DNA of 45,467 nt from Deltaproteobacteria bacterium. Its GTDB lineage: Bacteria > Myxococcota > JACRCW01. Shown piece after piece: positions 38,255-45,467 of the stretch. The notes below the pieces were generated by a model, which was not told the origin of the DNA, made no database searches, and worked only from the letters and a program-made list of their open reading frames with translations. Both the position numbers and the translations under genes were made by a program. Numbering within the stretch: the stretch's first letter is position 1; the number at the start of each line of letters is the position of its first letter. The stretch is from NCBI GenBank assembly GCA_016218805.1, contig JACRCW010000018.1, positions 1 through 45,467 on the forward strand, given 5' to 3'.

Positions 38255-40800
38255 GCCGGTCCGGACCTGTCCTCTCCCCCGGAACCTGTGACCGCCGGAC
38301 GGCGCCGTGCGCCCAGCCCGCCGTCTTCCACCACCACCACCAGTTCGTCTCCGTCCGCGAACCTGCCCGCGAGGATAGCGTCCGCCACCACGGACTCAAC
38401 GTGCTTCTGGATGGCCTGCCGCATGGGCCGCGCGCCCAGGGTGGCGTTGTAGCCGCCGTGCTCCATCAGGAAGCCCACTACGCCGTCATCCCAGCTGAAC
38501 CGGATGTTGCGCTCCACCCGCAGCCGCTCGGCGCTCTGGCTGAGCAGCGCACGCGCAATGGCCTCCACGTCAGGCCGCGCCAGCGGGCGGAACACCACCT
38601 TGTCATCAATGCGCGCCCACAGCTCCGGCGGCATGGACTTGCGCGCCACCTCCAGCACCTCGCGCACCACCCGCTCCTCGGACGGGGCCGCGCCGCCTGC
38701 GGCGCCGGCAAAACCCAGGGCGCGCCCCTGGGACTCCCACCGGTCCGCGCCCAGGTTTGAGGTCATGACCACCACGGTGTTGCGGAAGCTCACGGTGCGG
38801 CCGCGCCCGTCGGTGAGGCGGCCTTCGTCCAGCACCTGCAGCAACGTGAGCAGCACATCCCCGTGCGCCTTCTCCACCTCGTCCAGCAGGACCAGGGAAA
38901 ACGGGCGGCGCCGCACCGCGTCCGTGAGCTGGCCGCCCTCGTCGTGACCCACGTACCCGGGCGGACTGCCAATCAGGCGGCTCACCGCGTGCGCCTCGCC
39001 GTATTCGCTCATGTCCAGGCGGATGAGCGCGTCCGGGGACCCGAACAGGAAGTCCGCCAGCGCCTTGACCGTCTCCGTCTTGCCCACGCCGGTGGGCCCC
39101 AGCATCAGGAAGCTGCCCATGGGCCGCCGCCCGCCAAACCCCGCGTACGCCCGGCGGACGGACTCGCTGAGGCTGCGCAGGATCTCGCGGTGCCCCACAA
39201 TGCGCTCGCCCAGAAAGTCCTCCATGTGCAGCAGCCGCGCCTGGTCCTCCTCCACCAGCCGCTCCAGCGGCACCTGCGCCACCTCGCTGACCACGCGCGC
39301 CACATCCAGCCGTTCCACCGTGCGCCGGCCCGCGCGGTGCGCCCGGCTGCCGGCCAGGTCCATCACGTCCACCGCCTTGCCCGGCAGGCTGCGCCCCAGG
39401 ATGAACCGGTCAGACAGCTGCACACACGCGTGCAGCGCGGCGGCCGAATACGTCACGCCATGATGGCCTTCGTACGCGGGCGCGGCGCCCGCCAACACGC
39501 GCCGGGACGCCTCCAGGTCCGGCTCCGCCAGCTCCACGGGCACAAACCGCCGCGCCAGCGCCGCGTCCTTCTCCACGTGCCGGGCGTACTCGGCCGGCGT
39601 GGTGGCGCCAATGCAGGGGAACTCGCCACGCGCCAGCGCGCTCTTGAGTTCATTGGACGCATCCAGCGCGCCCTCCCCGGATGATCCCGCGCCAATGAGC
39701 GTGTGCAGCTCGTCCACAAACACCACCACGCGGCCCTTGGCCCGGCGCAGCTCCTCCTTGAGCCCCTGCATGCGTTCATTGAAGCTGCCGCGCAGCGCGG
39801 TGCCCGCCACCAGCGCGCCCATGTCCAGCTCCACCAGCTCCACGTCACGCAGGCCGCCGGGCACCCCCCTGTTCTCCACCAGCCGCCGCGCCAGCCCCTC
39901 CACCACCGCGGTCTTGCCCACGCCGGGCTCGCCCACCAGGCACGGGTTGTTGCTGCGCCGCTTGCCCAGGATGTCCAGCATGCGGTCCAACTCGGCATCC
40001 CGCCCCACCACGTCATCAATGACGCCGTCCCGCGCCATCTCCGTAAGGTTCTTTCCCAGGCTGGTGAGCAGCGGGTAGCGCTCCGGGTCCAGCCCCGTGC
40101 GCGCCGCCGGCGGGGGCCGCGTGGACGGCCTGCGCGGCTTCACCCGGGCCGGGGCGGGGATGGAATCCGCGGGCAGCTCGCTCTCCTGCGTCGCCACGCG
40201 CGAGCGCTCGGACGCGCGGCTCACGGATGCGTCACCGTACTCGGACCGCCCCAGTGGGGGCGGCGGCGGTGGCAGCGGCGGCAGCGCGCCGGCGGCATCG
40301 CGCGCGGGAACCGCCGGGGTGGACGGGGGCGTGGGGGCGCGCGGCAGCTCGCGGGCCAGCGCGCTGGTGGTCCGGAAGTTGGCCAGCCGCCGCGGCATGC
40401 GCCCGGTGAGATAGGACATGGCCAGCGTGCGCAGCCCGGTGAGGTCTTCGCCCGAGCGCGACAGCAGCGCACACGCCATGGCGGAGCGCACGCGCGTCAT
40501 GGCAATGAGCAGGTGCAGGCAGTTGGCCTCGCGCGACCCGCAGGTCACCGCCAGCTGTTCGGTCTTCTCGCGCAGCTCGCCCAGGACGGCAGGGTCCTCG
40601 TGGTCACCGCGGCGGATGACCGCCAGGATGTTGTCCTCCGTGATCTTGCGGTCCGCCAGCAGCACCTGCGCGTGGTTGGGCAGCGTGAACAGCGCCAGCA
40701 GCACGTGCGCGCTGGTGCCCTGCTGGCGCACGCGCTCCGCAATGTCGCGCGCTTCGTCGTAGACCTGCCTGAGTTCCACCGCCAGGGGCAACGCCGCCAC
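38251..40800 (-). CDS. ATP-dependent Clp protease ATP-binding subunit (ClpA/ClpC-like)
   Basis: Clp-N repeats; GEPGVGKT/VFVDELH and GPTGVGKT/LLDEVEKAH; ALGF ClpP-docking-like loop; no coiled-coil M domain. Confidence 0.93.
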   Translation of the reverse strand: MAALPLAVELRQVYDEARDIAERVRQQGTSAHVLLALFTLPNHAQVLLADRKITEDNILAVIRRGDHEDPAVLGELREKTEQLAVTCGSREANCLHLLIAMTRVRSAMACALLSRSGEDLTGLRTLAMSYLTGRMPRRLANFRTTSALARELPRAPTPPSTPAVPARDAAGALPPLPPPPPPLGRSEYGDASVSRASERSRVATQESELPADSIPAPARVKPRRPSTRPPPAARTGLDPERYPLLTSLGKNLTEMARDGVIDDVVGRDAELDRMLDILGKRRSNNPCLVGEPGVGKTAVVEGLARRLVENRGVPGGLRDVELVELDMGALVAGTALRGSFNERMQGLKEELRRAKGRVVVFVDELHTLIGAGSSGEGALDASNELKSALARGEFPCIGATTPAEYARHVEKDAALARRFVPVELAEPDLEASRRVLAGAAPAYEGHHGVTYSAAALHACVQLSDRFILGRSLPGKAVDVMDLAGSRAHRAGRRTVERLDVARVVSEVAQVPLERLVEEDQARLLHMEDFLGERIVGHREILRSLSESVRRAYAGFGGRRPMGSFLMLGPTGVGKTETVKALADFLFGSPDALIRLDMSEYGEAHAVSRLIGSPPGYVGHDEGGQLTDAVRRRPFSLVLLDEVEKAHGDVLLTLLQVLDEGRLTDGRGRTVSFRNTVVVMTSNLGADRWESQGRALGFAGAAGGAAPSEERVVREVLEVARKSMPPELWARIDDKVVFRPLARPDVEAIARALLSQSAERLRVERNIRFSWDDGVVGFLMEHGGYNATLGARPMRQAIQKHVESVVADAILAGRFADGDELVVVVEDGGLGARRRPAVTGSGGEDRSGPA

Positions 40801-40838
40801 GCTCTCTCCAGGCCTGCTGTGCGTTCGGAGGCTTCCGC

Positions 40839-42098
40839 TCAGGGCTCGTAGCAGGCGGCGCCGCCGCTCAGCCCGCCGTCCGCGTCGGTGAAGGCCCGGC
40901 AGATGTCACCGGGCAGGCAGCAGTTGCCCATCACCGGCGTGTTGTCCGGTGCGTTGCAGTTGGCCGGCGGCGGCCCCGCGGTAGTGCCGGCATCCGCCCC
41001 GGGGAAGCAGCCCCGGCGGCACTTGTTGTTGGGCGTGGGGCCGGCCACGCCGCCGCACACAAGGCACCCTGAGCAGAACTCGCCGTTGGTGCACGAGGTG
41101 TTCTCCGTCACCGCCGGGATGCACACCCCCACGCCCACCGCGGCGCCGATCACCGGCACGCACGCCGCCACCACGGCCCCGCCGTCCAGCCCGGTGGCGC
41201 AGAACGCGCACGCCGTGGGCGTGGTGTCGCAGTTGCGCCGGCAGATGGGCCAGTCGCCAAACTTGGCGTCGGCGATACAGGTCAGACCCGGGTCACAGGT
41301 GTTGTTGATGCGGCAGGGCTGGTCCAGTCCGCCCGCCGCCACGCAGTGGTTGGGCACGCTCGCGTCCGGATTGCCCACCTGGCAGCGCGCATTGCTGTCA
41401 CAGCCGCCCACCTCCTGGCCGGCAAGGCGGCGGCACGTGCTGCCCACCTGCCCCGGCATGGGACCAAAACACGGGGACTTGCCGTCGCTGTCCGGCACCG
41501 GCGCCGCACAGGTCTGGCCAAACAGGCAGCAGTTGGCCAGCACCAGCGCGTTGTTGGCCTGCCAGTCATCCGCGTAGCCGCACCAGGCGTGCTCGGAGTG
41601 GGGCACCACCACGCCGGTTCCGGGCGGACCTGGATCGCGGGATGGGTCGCACACGCGCCGGCAGGTCTTCACCAGCGTGGCGGGATCAGTGGCGCACTCC
41701 AGGCAGCCCGCGCAGCTGTCCAGCGGGCACGGCTCGCCTTCGGACGGTGCCACGCTGCACGCGCCCACGCCGGTGGAGAACCCCCCGTCAGCCAGCCGCA
41801 CCGGCTCGCACCGCGCCTCCGGGCCGCAGGTGCCGCACGTCGCGGGGTCGGCGCCCAGCGGGCATTCGCGGCGGCAGCGCGGCGGCGTTTCCATGGCACA
41901 GATGAGGCGGCCGCAGGTCCCGTCGGGCAGTGGCGTGCAGGACTCGCAGGTCCCGTTGGACTTGCACAGGTCGCCTTCATACCCGCGGCGCTCGTCAGGA
42001 AGCGGCTCAAACTGGCACTCCAGCCCGAGCAGCGACGTGGCCGCCAGGCCCACCCCCAGCGTCCACAACAGCTTCCGCACGGAAAGTCCGTTGCCCAT
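40839..42098 (-). CDS. Cys-rich lipoprotein
   Basis: LLGLEC lipobox-like signal; repeated Cys modules (CRRECP, CRRVCD, CRRNCD, CRRGCF). Confidence 0.75.
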   Translation of the reverse strand: MGNGLSVRKLLWTLGVGLAATSLLGLECQFEPLPDERRGYEGDLCKSNGTCESCTPLPDGTCGRLICAMETPPRCRRECPLGADPATCGTCGPEARCEPVRLADGGFSTGVGACSVAPSEGEPCPLDSCAGCLECATDPATLVKTCRRVCDPSRDPGPPGTGVVVPHSEHAWCGYADDWQANNALVLANCCLFGQTCAAPVPDSDGKSPCFGPMPGQVGSTCRRLAGQEVGGCDSNARCQVGNPDASVPNHCVAAGGLDQPCRINNTCDPGLTCIADAKFGDWPICRRNCDTTPTACAFCATGLDGGAVVAACVPVIGAAVGVGVCIPAVTENTSCTNGEFCSGCLVCGGVAGPTPNNKCRRGCFPGADAGTTAGPPPANCNAPDNTPVMGNCCLPGDICRAFTDADGGLSGGAACYEP

Positions 42099-42390
42099 GG
42101 TTCGCCTGCTCCGTCGGCGCCCCGCAGCGGGGGGCACCTTGCCTGCTTGGGACTAACACACCCCCGGGGCGGGTGGGAACCCGCGGCCACCGGCGGCAGC
42201 GCGCAACACCCCGCCCCCCCAAACACCACGGACGACGACGACTGCGCCCCGGGCGCGTGTGCGGAACAGCCGTCGCTGCGCCCGGAAGCAGGGCACGCGC
42301 ATGGCGCGGCGTCAGGGAGCTCAATGTGGGGAAGGAAGGAGCGCCGAGGGCGGGTGCTCCGGAGAGCGAATCAGCCGGGTACCGCCAGCC

Positions 42391-43617
42391 TCACGGCTGG
42401 GCGGGCGCGGGCTGCGCGGGCGCGGCAGCGGGCTGCGCGGCGGCAGGCTGCGCGGGCGCGGGAGCGGGCTGGCCCGGCGGCGGCACGGCCTGCAGCTGGA
42501 TGGGCGAACCCGGCGCGCCCGGAGGCGGCATGCCGCCGGGTCCCGGGGGCGGGGGCAACGGCTGGGGCTCGAGCGACACGCCGGGCTCCAGGATCTCCAC
42601 CTTGGCTTCCTTCTTGAGCCCCGCCAGCGCGTCGCGCGTCTTCTCGCTCTTCTTGCGCGCCTTGATGGCGGTGGTGATGGCCGCGGAGACCTCCTCAATG
42701 GGGCGCTGCTTCTCCGGCTTGCGGTCCACCACCTTGATGATGTGAAAGCCGAACTGACTGGCGATGGGACCGACGATGTCGTTGGCCTTCACCTTCGGGT
42801 CGAACATTGCATCCTCAATGTCCTTCACCTGGCGGCCGCGGGTGATCCAACCCATGTCCCCGCCATTGGGGCTGGGCGTGGCGTCAGTGTACTTGGCGAT
42901 CTGCGCCTTGAAGTCCACGCCCTTCTTCTTGAGTTCGGTGGACGCCGTCTTCACGCGCGCCTCCAGCTTCTTGCGCGCGTCCGCCGGGTCCTTGGGGTCC
43001 GACTTCCAGAACACCTGGATGGCGTTGACGCTCTCGCGCTCCTTGTAGCGGTCCAGATTCTTCTCGTAGAACTCCTTGACCTCGGCCTCCGCGGGCTCCT
43101 CCACCGCCGCCAGCTTGTTGAACAGCCGGTCGCGCAGCTCGGTGCGCTTGAGTTCGTCACGCAGGTCCGCTTCAGACTGGCCGGTGCGCTCCAGGAAGCT
43201 CTTGAACGCCTCCGGGGACCCAAAGCGCGTCTTGTGTTCATTGAGCTTGGCGTCCACTTCCTGGTCAGACAGCGTGATCTGCTCCGCCTTGGCCTTCTGG
43301 GCAATGAGCTCGTCATCCACCAGCTTGCGGATGATGTTCTCCTTGAGGCGCACCTCCAGCGCCGGCGGGATTTCGCGCTTGGCCTGCGCAAACCGCTGCT
43401 TGGTCCGGTCCATCTGGCGGCTGAACACGTCCCGGCCAATGTCCTGGCCGTTGACCTTGGCCACCGGACCGGTGGCGGAGGGCGCCGCCGTCGTGGGCGG
43501 CTGCGCGGTCCCGCCGCCACCCCCGGCGGGCGTTTCGCCGCCCTTGCAGGCGGGGAACAGCACCGCCACGGAAAGCACAGCCACCGGAGCCTTCGCGAGG
43601 AGCACATTGCGTCGCAT
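42391..43617 (-). CDS. PpiC-type peptidyl-prolyl isomerase/foldase lipoprotein (PrsA/SurA-like)
   Basis: AGGAG RBS; LFPAC lipobox; VAKVNGQDI; GGDMGWI; SQFGFHIIKV. Confidence 0.92.
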   Translation of the reverse strand: MRRNVLLAKAPVAVLSVAVLFPACKGGETPAGGGGGTAQPPTTAAPSATGPVAKVNGQDIGRDVFSRQMDRTKQRFAQAKREIPPALEVRLKENIIRKLVDDELIAQKAKAEQITLSDQEVDAKLNEHKTRFGSPEAFKSFLERTGQSEADLRDELKRTELRDRLFNKLAAVEEPAEAEVKEFYEKNLDRYKERESVNAIQVFWKSDPKDPADARKKLEARVKTASTELKKKGVDFKAQIAKYTDATPSPNGGDMGWITRGRQVKDIEDAMFDPKVKANDIVGPIASQFGFHIIKVVDRKPEKQRPIEEVSAAITTAIKARKKSEKTRDALAGLKKEAKVEILEPGVSLEPQPLPPPPGPGGMPPPGAPGSPIQLQAVPPPGQPAPAPAQPAAAQPAAAPAQPAPAQP

Positions 43618-43813
43618 GGATTTGTTTCTCCTACCGCCCACGACGGGCCGGGCGGTGCAACTTTGAGAGGGCGCGGCTGCTAACAGGCTCCCGAGCAAGC
43701 GGTCAAGCGGGGCGTTTTTCCCCGGCCCCGGGCGCCGCCGGCACCCGTGCACCGCAGCGCCATCCGGTCCGCCGCGCTTGACCCCCGCCTCCGCGGCGGG
43801 CAATCACGCGGCG

Positions 43814-45151
43814 GTGCGCCCGGCGACCGCGCTGCTCGTCACCGCTGTCCTGCTCTCCCCCGGGCCCTCACGCGCGGGCGGACAATACGAACTGTTTGGC
43901 GTGAACCCGCGCGGCAAGGGCATGGCCGGCGCCATGACCGCCCACGTGGATGACGCGTCCGCCACCTACTACAACCCGGCGGGGCTGGCGGAACTCACGG
44001 CCGCCTACGGGTTTGTGGCGCTGGCCGGCAACCTGGACGTGGTCTATGTGGACCTGGTCCACCGGCTGCCCCTCCAGGACTGGCGCCGGCCCAACAGCCC
44101 GGAGAACTACGCGGGGCTCACGCTGGGCGGCGCGGTCCCCCTGGGCGGCAAGTTCAACCGCATCATCATTGGGGCGTCCGCGTACGCGCCGCGCAAGCAC
44201 GTGCTGACCGTGCGCACGCTGGACCCCGCCCAACCGCACTTCTACTTCTACGAAGCCCAACCCGACCGCTACGAACTGCTCCCCGCCGTGGCCCTGCGCG
44301 TCACCGACTACGTGAAGCTGGGCGCGGGCCTGCGCATGGGCGGCGGCATCCGCGGCCCCACGCAGAGCGAGATGGACCCGCTGCTGGGACGCACCACGCG
44401 CGCCCAGTTTGACGGCGAGCTGTACTACGTGTTTGCGCCCACCGGCGGCGCCACGCTGGGGCCGTTCTGGGGCTTCCGCGTGGGCGCCACCGTGCGCGGG
44501 CCCGTGCAGGTCCCCATAGACATCCCCAACACCATCCACGCCGCCGGCGCGGATGCGGACGTCACCCTGCTGTTCCGCGCCAACACCAACTACACGCCGC
44601 CCACCGGCTCGGTCGGCGTGGCGTGGACCGGATTCATGGACAAGCTCACCGTTGCCGCGGACCTGCAGTACTCCTGGTGGTCACTGGCGCCGGACCCGTC
44701 CGTGCGGTTTGTCGTTGACGCGGCCGGCGCGGACCTGGGGACCGTGGGACTGGATGACGCCGTGGATACGCCCCAGCCCGGCCAGGAGCGCAAGGTGCAC
44801 CTGGGCTTCCGGAGCATCCTGGTGCCGCGCGCGGGGTTTGAGTGGCGCGCATTTGATGACTTCCTGCGCGTGCGCGGGGGCAGCTATCTGCGGCCCACCC
44901 CCGTCCCGGACCAGACCACCGGCAGCAACTACCTGGACAACCACGCCTGGGCGGTGACCGGCAGCCTGGGCGTGCGCCCCAGTGACCCGGTGGGCCTGGT
45001 GGCCCGCCCCGTCACCCTGGAGGCCAGCCTGCAGGTGGTCACGCTGGTGGAGCGGCGGGTCCGTAAACGCGACTCGGATGACGCGGTGGGCAACTACCGC
45101 TTTGGCGGGCAGGTGTACGAGGCGTCTGTGGGGTTCCACTACAACTTCTGA
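43814..45151 (+). CDS. FadL/OmpP1-family outer-membrane transporter
   Basis: GMAGAMTAHVDDASATYYNPAGL hatch motif; C-terminal GFHYNF; start at GTG 43814 or TTG 43778. Confidence 0.85.
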   Translation: MRPATALLVTAVLLSPGPSRAGGQYELFGVNPRGKGMAGAMTAHVDDASATYYNPAGLAELTAAYGFVALAGNLDVVYVDLVHRLPLQDWRRPNSPENYAGLTLGGAVPLGGKFNRIIIGASAYAPRKHVLTVRTLDPAQPHFYFYEAQPDRYELLPAVALRVTDYVKLGAGLRMGGGIRGPTQSEMDPLLGRTTRAQFDGELYYVFAPTGGATLGPFWGFRVGATVRGPVQVPIDIPNTIHAAGADADVTLLFRANTNYTPPTGSVGVAWTGFMDKLTVAADLQYSWWSLAPDPSVRFVVDAAGADLGTVGLDDAVDTPQPGQERKVHLGFRSILVPRAGFEWRAFDDFLRVRGGSYLRPTPVPDQTTGSNYLDNHAWAVTGSLGVRPSDPVGLVARPVTLEASLQVVTLVERRVRKRDSDDAVGNYRFGGQVYEASVGFHYNF

Positions 45152-45467
45152 AGCCGTGCGCGTGAGGGTTGATGCGCGGTGGGCAGACGGGTGCGTGGGG
45201 CTGCGGCGCCGCCCCGTCATGGTCACCATTCGCGTTTGCTCATCGCGGCCCGGCCGCCTCCCCTTCCTTCATCCGTCCTTTCGTTTCATCCCTTCTTGCT
45301 TATTGGGAACGGGGTTCCCCTCCACGGACCCAGTTGGTCCGCAGCGTGTTCTGACCGTGGACTGCCGCTGCGCTCGCCGGGGCCGGCTTTGCCTGCGTCA
45401 TGCGCCGGTCAACGTGGTGGGCCTCTGCATCAACTCCAACCGGTCACACTTCCGACCGGCTGCGCAC

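Noticed and set aside
42259..43683. 474-aa plus-strand ORF
   Set aside because: Antisense to the well-supported PpiC foldase gene.
45230..45467. Riboswitch or ncRNA in the pyrimidine-rich terminal region
   Set aside because: No convincing match to a family consensus by eye and the region is cut by the window end; an Rfam search is needed.

Overview
High-GC bacterial window, most consistent with a Myxococcota-like organism (inferred from a MYXO-CTERM-like tail, Cys-rich surface proteins and DAG/DGG low-complexity tags). The core genes are DHH phosphoesterase-lpxI-lysA-dapA-dapB, a cold-shock gene, tkt, a DUF58-transglutaminase-MoxR-TPR operon, a DUF2520 reductase, a ClpA/C-type ATPase, a PpiC foldase and a FadL-like outer-membrane protein. 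Three accessory blocks interrupt them. (1) 1-3.9 kb: a TCGA-rich block with an atypical histidine kinase translationally coupled to a receiver-domain protein. (2) 6.8-8.3 kb: a helical hypothetical gene, palindromic repeats and a frameshifted heptad-repeat gene. (3) About 13.9-23.4 kb: an integrase-less island at the 3' end of the cold-shock gene. It carries a 102-104 bp internal duplicate of the csp 3' end plus terminator and is closed by a 17-bp direct repeat of the terminator tail. Its cargo is a DUF2325-like protein (plus a decayed second copy), surface lipoproteins, an IS91-family remnant and a 4x43-bp tandem repeat. No tRNA, rRNA or CRISPR array was seen. Family calls come from motif recognition by eye, not database searches.
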